From Octopus vulgaris (Eukaryota): DNA of 64,000 nt. Numbering within the stretch: position 1 is the stretch's first letter; each line of letters starts with the position of its first letter. Below, one piece after another: positions 1-12,288 of the stretch. Below the pieces are notes generated by a model. The model worked only from the letters and a program-made list of their open reading frames with translations, was not told the origin of the DNA and did not search any database. The stretch covers positions 28,830,001-28,894,000 of the forward strand of contig OX597833.1 in assembly GCA_951406725.2 (NCBI GenBank), read 5' to 3'. The translations under genes and the position numbers were made by a program.

Positions 1-445
1 GACTGAAAATACTTCTGAATTACTCATTTAGTATTTTACTTATCCTCCTCTTTGGGGTTTCCTGTGAGTGAACCATCTTTTTCGAGGAGTGGCCCTACCC
101 TGCAGTGCACTGAGGCTGTTTCTTTGACAAACTTGTAGAAGGCTCTGGGGTTAGATTTTATGTTGTCTTTAGCTTAGGCTTCTTTGTCTGCTCTTTCTTA
201 TTCATGGGTGAGTTGCAGATTGTTTTTCAATCTCCAGCAGTTGTATTTTCAGGCTGGATTTCTCAGTGCTTTCAGTTTGTGTTTAGGCGATTTGAAATCT
301 TTGTATGCCGTCTCATAAAAGTTTTCCTCTACCTCGGGATTTTGTTCTTGAGTACAGTGGCCGTTCTCTCCGGGACACATTTGTAGCATATGTCTTGCAT
401 TACAGACATGAATTGTTGAAGTTTCATGTCGATGTCCGGTGAGGA
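1..445 (-). mobile_element. Degraded CR1/Jockey-group LINE ORF2 fragment (region between APE and RT)
   Basis: Minus-strand translation gives AKDNIKSNPRAFYKFVKETASVHCRVGPLLEKDGSLTGNP, the typical IKxNPKxF...GPL tether motif; stops present; runs off the window edge. Confidence 0.6.
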
Positions 446-449
446 GAGA

Positions 450-516
450 AGATATGTATATATATAAATATGTGTATGTGTATGTGTGAGCGTGTGTTTA
501 TTTATATATGTATGTC

Positions 517-563
<47 letters not shown>

Positions 564-582
564 ATGAATGTCTATATATATG

Positions 583-641
<59 letters not shown>

Positions 642-715
642 GTATGTATATGTATGTATGTATGTGAATATATATATATGTATGTGTATATATGTATATG
701 TAGACATATGTATGC

Positions 716-770
<55 letters not shown>
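450..770. repeat. Compound (TA)n/(TG)n/(TATG)n microsatellite; one of dozens in the window
   Basis: Directly visible. Similar tracts at about 2580-2755, 6500-6595, 12150-12290, 18100-18350, 39605-39775, 43895-44015, 61850-61980, 62430-62530. Confidence 0.95.
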
Positions 771-771
<1 letters not shown>

Positions 772-2019
772 TAAGTCATCTCATAAATAATGCCATATTT
801 TTATACTTCTTTTATTTTTCATAATTAAGATAAACAATTTTTTTTTAAATGTAAAATATACTCTCCTTAATTTTCTACAATGTTCTTCCATCTGTCTGGA
901 AGACTCGCAAGGCTCCTCTTCCAAAATTCTCTTGTCCGCGACGAAAATTTTCCTCCCACATTGTTCTGACCTCGTCTACAGAATTCATATTTTACCCGTC
1001 CATATGATTTTGAAGACTGCGGAATAAATGACCATCAGATGGGGCAATGTTTGGCGAATATGGTGGATGGTGCATCATTCGTTTGCACATTCAAATTGCT
1101 CTAGCCTTTGGAATGTCATCCTCGGTATATGTGGTCGAGTATTATCCTGATGGAAGAACACCTTTCGTCTTGAAACCAAAGATGGTCGTTTTTCTTCCAG
1201 CACTGACTTAAGCCGCCCAAGCTGCTCTCGGTAGATCTCCTTTGTTATCGTTTGGTTTGGATTTAAAAGTTCAAAGTGGACTAAACCTTTCACATCCCAC
1301 GAAACAGAACAACACCTTACGCAGTTGAAGATCTTTAGCCTGGGGTGCCGGTGTTTCTCTTTTCCCTACCTACCGTCTTCGGCGCTTGATATTTTTATAG
1401 AGAACCCATTTCTCGTCACCAGTCACTATTCAATCCAAAAACGGGTCATTCGTGAGACGTGACTGCAAAGATCACACATTCACTCTCTGCGAACGATTAG
1501 AGTCGGAAAGTTTGGCCCGAATTGCTGACTTTTCCGATGGCACGCAGGTATTGATGAATGGTTTCTCTGCTAGTTCCTCAACAGTTACGACAGGATTTTG
1601 TTCCACTAGGTTTTGCAGTACGTCCTCGTCGAACTCTACAGATCTTCCAGGACGAGGCTCGACTTCTAGGTTGTAGTTCCCGGCTCGGAATTTCTGGAAC
1701 CACTGTTGACACGGCTTACATTTATTGTCCGGTCTCCATATACTGCATTATTATTCCTCGCACTTTCTGTTGCGTTGTTGCCTTTATTGAACTCATAAAG
1801 CGAAATATACTAAATATAGTCCCTAGTCACTTCCAGATAGCTTTGTAAAATAACTGTTACAATCGAACTGCACTCTTCAAAACTTGTACTAAGAATAGGT
1901 TCAAAGTAAAATTACTACTTATTTTTATAGCAAGTTGATGCAGGTAGTTTATCTCATTCCCCTCCAACTTTTTGTTCATGCAATTGAAAAAACTGCATTA
2001 TTTATGGGATGACCCAATA
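769..2019 (-). mobile_element. Mariner DNA transposon with decayed transposase
   Basis: Imperfect TIRs tactaagtcatctcataaataatgc / gcattatttatgggatgacccaata with TA flanks. ORF 1075-1293 has KGLVHFELLNPNQTI and FHQDNTRPH; HPPYSPNIAPSD follows downstream. Confidence 0.9.
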
Positions 2020-2129
2020 TTTATATATGTGTGTGTGTGTGTGTCAGTGTATGTATGTATGTGTATATGTATATATATATACACATATGTATGCATGGAT
2101 ATGTGCGTGCGCGCGCACGCGTGTGTGAT

Positions 2130-2560
2130 TCAAAGAGAGTTAAAGGTTGTGCATCCAATATACTGCTTGTAGAATACCTAGTTAATACACAAGTGTTGGT
2201 TATTGCGTGGCAATTTCACGACTGAGTATAATAATTAGGCGAGGGTAATAAGTGGTTTTACCCGAAATTTATATGGCAAGAAGAAAATGGAGGGAATCCA
2301 GAGGTAATATTCATCAGATGTTAGACATTATATTATGTCTATTTATTTATTTTAAACAGTTCAGATACTATATAAATACATGTGTAAGGTATTAGTAATT
2401 TCTAGAATAGAGAGAGAAGAGCAGTTTCTTACAAGAGGTCACTGTATCCCACATGTTATTTCCATCTTTTCAGTGTACTATAGTAATCTGTAGATAATTG
2501 GGGTACTTGGGTATGCCTCTAGGCTTCGTCAGAGAGTTTTGTAAGATAGTCCAAGAAGTT
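2130..2560 (-). mobile_element. Penelope-like element terminus, older copy of the family at 51520-52440
   Basis: Colinear similarity with 51560-51990; retains the CTGACGA half of the hammerhead-like motif, but the GAAAC segment is deleted. Confidence 0.55.
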
Positions 2561-2593
2561 CATAGGGCTAATTTATGCGCGCGCACACACACA

Positions 2594-2631
<38 letters not shown>

Positions 2632-2690
2632 CACACATTCACATATATACATACATATACATACACACATGTGTGCATATCTGCATATGC

Positions 2691-2751
<61 letters not shown>

Positions 2752-2757
<6 letters not shown>

Positions 2758-5409
2758 ATAAGAAAATGGAGAAATACATCTAAATCAAATATCAATTATC
2801 AGATAATACTCAATCACATACTTTATTAAACCACCACATAAGAGACTGTAGGGTTAAACATAAAAAAGCAGAACAAATCAGTGTACACAAAGGAATGTAC
2901 ATAAAAAAGTGTACATAAAAGAGTAATATTGTATAATAAGTAGAATATATATAAAAAAGAGAATATAAATATAAGTAAATATAAATATAAGTATAGATGA
3001 CATCTTACAGCTGTTTCGGCCATGTAGATAAGTATGTCTCATTTTACCAATATTAGCCTTTTATGGTAGGTCAATATATGGATATAAATGAGACATTTAG
3101 AAAAGTATCATAAGGCCTCTTCGGAGATATACATATACATATGAGTGCATATACTCACACTCCTATGCATATAAAAATATACATATACATAATAATGTAA
3201 ATAAATAATATAAATTAGTAAACATATATATGTTCCACATTCAATGTTTCAGTTTTTCAACTTAATATTGTGATAATAAACATACACATATTAGTACCTA
3301 GATGCAAATATACATAGTCAATAGTACATTATATTACTTCCTACTAATTTCCAAAGAGTCATAAAAGTTAGCATCATTATCGTTGTCAATACCATTAATG
3401 CTACCATCATTATCATTCATAATATTGTTAATATCGCTTACGTTAGGATCAAAAGTGGCACATATGTATGTCCGGGTTCCATTTAGTAATTTTCCTTATG
3501 ACATAAATACACTATTGGATTTGAATTTAAATTATCATTGTCTTCCTCATGGTTGGTCCGTTGAGAGCCGTCCCCACACCGCACAAGAAAAACATATACA
3601 TCCACATCCAACCCTAAACCCACACGTCTACATAAAGACCCACACACACATGCACACACACATGAGTAAACCCCGACACATCGCTACACATTCACTAGAT
3701 TGCAGAGTGCATGTCTGTCATCGCATGGCTTATAGACAAATCAGTACAGGCCGCAGTGTCTATACACTAACACTAACTTATAATTAATTTAATTTAATTC
3801 ATAATTAATGAACTTATATCTAAGTTAATAGTAAATTCTGTTTACTTTTTGTGTATGTATATATACGTCTTTGGATGGGCAGACATATATTTTTAATTTA
3901 TGATTTAGTGGATGTGGGTTGAGGTGTCGAGGTGTGTGAAAATGTGTATGTGTACGTATGTATGTTTTTGTACGTATAGGTATGTTCGTGGGTGTATGTA
4001 CGGATGTATGTTTTTGTTATACATATGAGTACGCAGGTGCGTATTTGGATATGTATATATGTATATGCAAATATTTATTCATGGGTGGATATAAGTATAG
4101 GTTTTATTTGTACGTATGAGTGCGCTGACATATATTTAAATATGTATATATGTGTGTAGAAATGTTCCCTGATACAGTATATGAGATTGTATTAATATCT
4201 ATGAGTATATGCGGATGTGCGTGTGAGTGTGTGTGTTTTAGTGTATAGACACTGCGGCCTGTACTGATTTGTCTATAAGCCATGCGATGACAGACATGCA
4301 CTCTGCAATCTAGTGAATGTGTAGCGATGTATCGGGGTTTACTCATGTGTGTGTGGGTCTTTATGTGGACGTGTGGGTTTAGGGTTGGATGTGGATGTGT
4401 ATGTTTTTCTTGTGCGGTGTGGGGACGGCTCTCAACGGACCAACCATGAGGAAGACAATGATAATTTAAATTCAAATCCAATAGTGTATTTATGTCATAA
4501 GGAAAATTACTAAATGGAACCCGGACATACATATGTGCCACTTTTGATCCTAACGTAAGCGATATTAACAATATTATGAATAATAATGATGGTAGCATTA
4601 ATGGTATTGACAACGATAATGATGCTAACTTTTATGACACTTTGGAAATTAGTAGGAAGTAATATAATGTACTATTGACTATGTATATTTGCATCTAGGT
4701 ACTAATATGTGTATGTTTATTATCACAATATTAAGTTGAAAAACTGAAACATTGAATGTGGAACATATATATGTTTACTAATTTATATTATTTATTTACA
4801 TTATTATGTATATGTATATTTTTATATGTATAGGAGTGTGAGTATATGCACTCATATGTATATGTATATCTCCGAAGAGGCCTTATGATACTTTTCTAAA
4901 TGTCTCATTTATATCCATATATTGACCTATCATAAAAGGCTAATATTGGTAAAATGAGACATACTTATCTACATGGCCGAAACAGCTGTAAGATGTCATC
5001 TATACTTATATTTATATTTACTTATATTTATATTCTCTTTTTTATATATATTCTACTTATTATACAATATTACTCTTTTATGTACACTTTTTTATGTACA
5101 TTCCTTTGTGTACACTGATTTGTTCTGCTTTTTTATGTTTAACCCTACAGTCTCTTATGTGGTGGTTTAATAAAGTATGTGATTGAGTATTATCTGGTAA
5201 TTGATATTTGATTTAGATGTATTTCTCCATTTTCTTATCTTGTATTAGTAATTTGTGGTAAATCATTTTACCTTTGCCCATATAATACAGTAAATGAATT
5301 GATTGCATTTGCAATCCTTAACATTAACTTTGTTGGGTACTTCACTAGCAGTATATTGGATATAGGTTATCCCATGGAGGGTTGCATTTACAACCCCTAT
5401 CTCAATTTG

Positions 5410-5410
<1 letters not shown>
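2752..5410 (+). mobile_element. Non-coding Penelope-like element with an inverted pseudo-LTR (about 1-kb inverted arms at 2752-3770 and 4238-5240)
   Basis: Arms are near-identical reverse complements (mirrored ORFs 2826-3023/4973-5170 and 3383-3787/4104-4613); hammerhead-like motif in each arm; tail ends at a TA microsatellite. Confidence 0.65.
4868..4994 (+). ncRNA. Type I hammerhead-ribozyme-like motif with expanded loop 2 (mirror copy at 3002-3128, minus strand)
   Basis: atct-CCGAAGA-ggcc-[about 92 nt]-ggcc-GAAA-c-agct-g-TA-agat: stem I, stem II, palindromic stem III, GUA triplet. Core has U4C relative to canonical CUGANGA. Confidence 0.6.
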
Positions 5411-5465
<55 letters not shown>

Positions 5466-6502
5466 AAAAAAGCCCACTCCAGTTTTGTAAATGTTCTGGG
5501 ATTTTGCAACTGACCTCTAAAATTTGTAGACATGCTGAACTGAGGACCATACACGACACACAAACGTCTTGTAACACATCAGGAGGAAACATTAGTTCAG
5601 ACATATTTCATTAATCTGTTTTATTTTATTTTACTTTTATTTTTTTGCTTGTTGTGTTAATGATTCTGATATAAAAATGATGTACTCATTAAGCCATTGG
5701 CAATTGTGAGAACGTAGCATCCCACGCAAATACATTGTTTTCTTCCAATATTATTTCTGATGTATGGTGTCTGTGTTCCGTTAGCAATCGAGGAATTATA
5801 ATGATTTTCCTTCAGTATTTATTAAATATTCCTTGAATCTCTTTGCATCATCTATTACGTTCGTTCAGTTTTACTCCTTTATTGTTTCAGCCATCCAGCT
5901 ACGGCTTATGCTTGGACACCGCCATTAATGATTGTGAAAATGAAGTATTTGCACTAATAGCCATTCTCACATATAAGAATTCCGTTATAAACAAGAAATT
6001 CCAGGAGCTTTTCAACAGCAGTTACAGTATGTATTTTCACTTCAAAAACCTTCAGTCTTCTATACTATATTCCAGCGACTGGGTTCCCTATTTTTTAAAG
6101 TATAATTAATGTTCCAAGATGTATTTATTGACGCCTGTAATTTCGACTAAAAAAACAGGCGGAAATATGGAAATTCTTATTTTGTGGGAATATGCTATGA
6201 ATAAGCATTTGACATTGTATAAAACGAAAACGATGGGTCGGCGGACAGAAAGACACGAAATGCCAGCTCAAGTGTAATTAATGTCGACTTGGGCTATTTC
6301 ATCAATTATTACATTTCATACTGCATATTTTTCCATGTAACATTGCATTATCTCATCTCATCTTTCTATTTTCTAATGTCATGTATATGTTGAGGCAGCT
6401 GAAAATATAGGGCACTGCAATTTTGTGCAGCTATAGACCAAAGGACTGTAAGTTGCATCGATGCGCATGTGTGAAGTTTTTATATCCGTATTCTGCTACA
6501 CG

Positions 6503-6576
<74 letters not shown>

Positions 6577-7257
6577 TACACACACGCACGCGCGCGATCG
6601 AAATCTCAGGGAAAAATATAATTTCTATTTTGTAAATTTGATGTTGCCAAATAAATATTATCTTACGCCATCTTATCTTCACTATTCCATTTCCCTTTAA
6701 CAATCATGTCGAGATGTCAATGTTGTCCAAGAAAGCTTCTGGCATATGTGTTGGCTGATTTAGTTGTTCTATAACAAAGAAAAACAAACTTTCCAATTGT
6801 GGCCATTCCAACGTTTTACTCAGATATGGTATATTAGGGGAGATATTTTCCAAAGTATTTTTGCTTTTTTAAAAGTAAGATTTGATTGAAATCTGGCTGT
6901 CATTTCTAGCAGTTCGAGCGACCACTTTGCTAATTTGTTGTCGTTGAACACTGGTCAAAATGTTTCAGTATCCCCTTCGTATATTTTCAATCAGATATAG
7001 TGTTTCGAGAAAAACATTATATCTATCATTCCTTCTGTAACTGAATTTACGGGTATTTAGATTCTATTTCATCCTTTAAAATTCGGTATCGCTGATTGTA
7101 ACTGGAGTTTATTTTTATGCATTGGAACATAATTTATTTGTTACACAAATAAAATGTTGCTCATGCAATACAATTAATGATAATAGTAAGATGAAAGAGC
7201 GTAGTATGACATGTAGGGAAACCCTCTGCTAGCAACTCAGCACGGGTCTAGTTTTTG

Positions 7258-7445
7258 TTATTATTTTCTTTCACTTGTTTCAGTCATTTGACTGCGGCCA
7301 TGCCGGAGCACCTCCTTTAGTCGAAGAAATCGACCGCAAGATTTCTTCTTTGTAAACTTAGTACTTATTCTATCGGTCTCTTTTGTCGAGCCGCTTGTTA
7401 CGAGGGCGTAAACACTCCAACGTCGGTTGTCAAGCAGACATACAA

Positions 7446-7531
<86 letters not shown>

Positions 7532-7671
7532 GGCGGGCTTCTTTCAGCTTCCATCTAGCAAATCCACTCACAAGTCTTTGGTCTGCCCGAGGCTATAGTA
7601 GAAGACATTTGCCCTAGGTGCCACGCAGTGGGACTGAACCCGGAACCATGTGGTTGGGATGCAAGCTTCTT
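7258..7671 (-). mobile_element. tRNA-derived SINE family A, body and 3' part; the head lies at 11111-11146
   Basis: Reverse complement matches the intact copy at 58513-58880; sequence breaks at gcaagcttctt (7661-7671). Confidence 0.85.
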
Positions 7672-7707
7672 CATTTCAAAATATTGGCTATTACAGCCTT
7701 ACACAGA

Positions 7708-7778
7708 GGGGACAGCACAAGGTGGGGACAGCACAAGGTGGGGACAGCACAAGGTGGGGACAGCACAAGGTGGGGACA
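7708..7778. repeat. 16-bp tandem repeat (ggggacagcacaaggt) x4 in the retroelement 3' UTR
   Basis: Directly visible. Confidence 0.9.
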
Positions 7779-8595
7779 CAAAAAAACAAAACGAATGAAA
7801 GGATGAATTAAATATAATGAAAGATGGAATGAAGCCGCTCGGCCCCCACCTTCGAGCGACTTCATTGAACCTGTTAATACAACCTATTAATACAACTTTT
7901 TTTAAACACTAGTTTGTAATACCATTATTGGCGACAGCTAATTACCATCCCTCCAAAGGATGTTTACACTATGCTTGTTTAAAATGTTATAAAAACTTAC
8001 TTGTTCAGGCATTGAGCTGGTGTCCAATTTCTTGACCCACCACTCATAGCCATGGTTTTCCTCATAGTCCTTTAATCTCGACATATATTCTGGGCCTACC
8101 ACTACACAGCGAATTTGCTCGGGCACCCCCAATACTCCTGATATATCCACTTTTATAACACTGTCCCACGAGTCTATTTCGGTATACAGTTTTTCATTTT
8201 CTCCACTGTACCATATAACATGTCTTTTCCAAGGGCAAGGGTGGGGAAATTTAGGGCTCCTGTGTGCTTGTGTTTGTCGTCATGTCAGGTGGAGCATGGA
8301 GAGGGTTGGAATCTCTAAAGAGTGGTTGGGGTAGCGTGGGTGTGGGTGGGAGTCGGACGGATGTGGGATGGGGGTCGTCATTTACAACACGTGTTCTCTT
8401 TTTTCGCTCTCTTCTCTTTTTTCCCGCCGTTTCCCATCCCTTCTTCACCTCCTCTTCTTCGACGCTGGTACTGGTTTTTGTCTGTGGTGCAGCTTCAATT
8501 CCCTTCTTACTCTCGTGCTTCTCTTCAGCCTCCATGGGTGGTGGAGGACCAGTTTCCTTTTCTTTCTCGTGCTTCTCTCTGGCTTTCACGGGTGT

Positions 8596-8666
<71 letters not shown>

Positions 8667-8879
8667 AAAAAAGCCCACTCCAGTTTGTAAATGTTCTGGG
8701 ATTTTGCAACTGACCTCCAAAGCATGTAGACATGCTGAACTGAGGACCATACACGACACACAAGCGTCTTGTAACACATCAGCAGGAAACATTAGTTCAG
8801 ACATATTTCATTATGGCTGAAAACAATAAAGGAGTAAAACTGAACGAACATAATGGATGATGCAAAGACATTCAAGGAA

Positions 8880-9265
8880 TCTCTCTATATATAAACGGCA
8901 AAATGTCTGTGTGTGTGTGTATCCTTTATACAAATCCACAATTTTTCAGTTAGAGGGCTCGCACCTTCTATGGTCATTCAAAACCGTCCAAGAGTGGTCG
9001 TGCACATCTTTACATTTCCCCAGTCACCCCGCAAAGCCATTCAAAAATCAATAGAAGTGACTTTTTGTGAATTTTCTATCCAAAACCCAATCAAAATGCC
9101 CGAAACTTAATACGCCAATTGAATGCCAACTAGCTGTATGTGATTGGTCGGAGATTTGGACAGTACTCGCGTGTATGTGCGCACGCACGCAGCTGTATAT
9201 GCATGCGCTAGCACTATGACCCGGCCTTGCCGGGTCATAGTGCTAGCGCATGCATATACAGCTAG
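8880..9265 (+). mobile_element. Non-autonomous Helitron
   Basis: 5' TC, 3' hairpin (acccggc ctt gccgggt) and CTAG end. Inserted between A and T with no TSD: the uninterrupted paralog near 5810-5835 (minus) reads aggaa|tatttaataaatactgaa. Confidence 0.75.
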
Positions 9266-9380
9266 TATTTAATAAATACTGAAATAATAGTGCTAGTATT
9301 TAATAAATACTGAAATAATAGTGCTAGTATTTAATAAATACTGAAATAATAGTGCTAGTATTTAATAAATACTGAAATAA
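9261..9380. repeat. 31-bp tandem repeat, about 4 copies (gctagtatttaataaatactgaaataatagt)
   Basis: Directly visible; the unit spans the Helitron 3' junction. Confidence 0.9.
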
Positions 9381-11110
9381 AAATGTGGCTTTCAGGCTAC
9401 ATTTATAGCACCACGGAATCCTTCCTACCACTTCTCCGACCGTGATCGTCTCCATCGTGTTTTCGATGTCTTCTGGGGCCACCTGTACTACCATGTCTAG
9501 ACTCTGCCCTTGCCAGTTCCTGTGGGGTGTTCTGGCGGCCTGTATGACCACTACTCTCTCCTTCATGCCTAGCAGTATGGCAGCTACCAACCAAGCTACA
9601 TCCACTTCTGGGGTATGTCTTCTACCCTAACCTTGGCAGGACGTCTCCCAAGGTATATGGGTAGAAGCATCACTGCATCAGTTTATAACGGTGTTGCTGA
9701 GTGCAGCCTGGCAGTAGCTACCTCCCGAAACTGCACCTCCACTGTTCATTTTCTTTACCCAACAGTCAAAGTCGATGTCTTCCTCATGATTCCTTAATCC
9801 CAATAGATCCTCCGGGTTTGCCACCGTACAGTAAATGTCCTCGGGTAACTCCCTCACTCCTGCTACATCCTCTTTTATCGCTCTGTCCCATGTCTCAAGC
9901 TCATTATAATGTTCTTCTTTTTGTCTCTTGTACAATATAACAAATTTATCCAAGGGCCAGAGTGGGGAAATCCGGGGCTCGTGTGTGCTTGTGTTTATGT
10001 CAGGTAGGGCATGGAGAAGGTTGGTGTCTATAGGGAGTGTTTGGGGGTAGAGTGGGTGTAGGATGGAGGTCGTCATTTACCACGTGTGTCTTTTTTCTCC
10101 TCTTTCTTTTTTCCCGCCGTTTCCCATCCGTTATTCACCTCCACTTCTTCGACGCTGGTACTGGTTTTTGTCTGTGGTGCAGTTTCAATCTCCTTCTCGT
10201 GCTTCTCTTCAGCTTCCACGGGTAGTGGGGAACCAATTACTTTTTCGCTCTTGTGCTTCTCCTTAGCCTTCACAAGTGGTGGAGGACAATCCGCTCTAAC
10301 ACCGGAATCCTCCCTTCCACTCTAACTCTAAGTGTCACTTCTCCGACCGTGATGGTCTCCACCATGTTTTCAGTGTCTTCTGGGGCCTCTATTATGTCTA
10401 GGCTCTGCCCTTGCTAGTTCCTGTGTGGTGTTCTTGTGGCCTGCCGGACCACTACCCTCTTCTCCATGCCTAGCAGTGTGGCAGCCAGCAGCCAAGCTAC
10501 ATCCACTTCTGGGAGTATGTCTTCTACCCTGGAAGCACATCTCCCAAGGTACTTCATCGGTTTTTAACGGTGTTGTTGAGTGCAGGCTGGCAGTAGCTAT
10601 CTCCCGAAACTGCACCTTCACTGTTCCATACCTTCTTCCCCTTGCAAGGTAGGAAATCCCTCTTGCCAGACTGGTCTCAGCGCCTTTCCAACTTGGGCTG
10701 CTGACACTACTTCAATTTTCTTCGTTGCCACCGCGTACGTCCTGTAAATTATCACTTTTTTTTTATTATTTTAAAACTTCTTTGGTGGGGAACACCTTCA
10801 CATCGTTCCCTTCCCTTTTAATCATTTCCTTGAACCTGTTTAACTCCTTCAGACTCACGTCTTCAGTTTTTTCCTTCGCCGCTTCTGCGTAATTTTTTTT
10901 TTATCTCCATAGCCTCGTCAATTCTTTTCAGACTTTTCACTAACTCTTCCTCAGACGACATAAAGTCTGAAGAAGAAGGACTCAAACTTTGTAATTCATA
11001 ACACGACGCTCTACCATTAAACAAGAGGGAAGACGTCGCACACTACCGCTGCAAGACAGCCAAAAACACGAGTTTCACACAAAGACAACCGTTCGAACAA
11101 TCAATAACCA

Positions 11111-11146
11111 GAAGCAAGCTTCTTTCCACACAGCCACTCTTGCGCC
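11111..11146 (-). mobile_element. Displaced 5' head (A box) of SINE family A
   Basis: gaagcaagcttctttccacacagccactcttgcgcc is the reverse complement of the SINE head ggcgcaggagtggctgtgtggtaag. Confidence 0.8.
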
Positions 11147-12148
11147 AAGTAAATATCCAGGTACAGTGACGTGTCTCCTTCTTCGATTATCCTCGATTGA
11201 ATATGCAGCTGTGAGAATAGCTATAAAGAGAGTGTAATACAACCTCGACTCAAGACACTCCGAAGTGGAAAGACCGGAGAACATCATGGTGGCTCGGATG
11301 TCTCAACACTGTGAAATTGACAAATAAGTTGACTGTATTTAAAGGTTGTGTTCATGGACAGTTCTAGCCGGACTTGTGAGCTATCACGTGAACAGAGGCC
11401 GTTTATTGGACAAAATTTCGGTTGCGCACATGTTCAAATTTTGACTGAACCGTGGCTTGAGATTCGTATGTGGCAAAACGCGTGATCGAATCCAGTGTTA
11501 TACTTCCTTTTTTATTTTATTCATTTATTTATTTTGAGGTGCGTATGTGATAGTAGGGAAATTTGGCTTGATATTTCTTGCGTGTCGAACGATCACAATG
11601 TGGCACCGTCATTTGCTATTCAGATCATCAGCGTTGATCTTCAAACAAAAAGATCGAGAGTTAGTTCATAAACAATAATGTGATTGGACATGACTTAGGA
11701 AGGCCAAATATATCGCTAAGAATAAGGTTACAAAGACTTATCGTGTGGAAGAGCTTTTTGAAAGACATACATTTATGAAATAAACCGATAAAGATCTTTT
11801 TATTTTTATATTATGTTCTCTTAAATTGGTTTGGAGAAGGGCGCTGTCCTCATGATCCTCGCATGCCATCAGAAACCAGTGAGTAAGCCAGATGTAATGT
11901 TAGGCTTAATGGAATTGCTGATCTTACAAGAGATAGGGATCAATAAGGAAACCAACTGGTCAATGTTGAGTGTAGTGTATCTCGTACGCAGTAGGCTAGC
12001 CTGCTTTGGAAATGAAAGCACATTGAATGCTTATAAAGGATTAAATTTATTTACTGTAGCTGTACAATGCTCACACACACACACCATTTACACACCTCTT
12101 CTTATACATCTACATATACTTTCACTCATACACACAAACATATGTGTA

Positions 12149-12288
<140 letters not shown>

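Larger units (their letters stand above)
7672..11110 (-). mobile_element. ORF1-only Tx1-related retroelement; tandem of two diverged partial copies inserted into the SINE
   Basis: Decayed gag-like ORF1: MSSEEELVKSLKRIDE near 10960, LLPIYLGRR near 9650, WCYKC near 9410; no RT or APE; flanked by ga(t/a)gcaagcttctt duplication. Confidence 0.7.

Noticed and set aside
329-824. Many overlapping ORFs of YIYI/THTH/CVCV type, here and throughout the window
   Set aside because: Translations of dinucleotide microsatellites, which lack stop codons
3383-4613. Twin ORFs with a signal-peptide-like start (MSIPLMLPSL...)
   Set aside because: TTG starts inside the inverted repeat arms; low complexity and no recognisable domain
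9261-9380. CRISPR-like 31-bp repeats
   Set aside because: No spacers, no cas genes, eukaryotic context
11300-11500. Promoter-like motifs (CACGTG, ATTGG)
   Set aside because: Short motifs expected by chance; no linked gene
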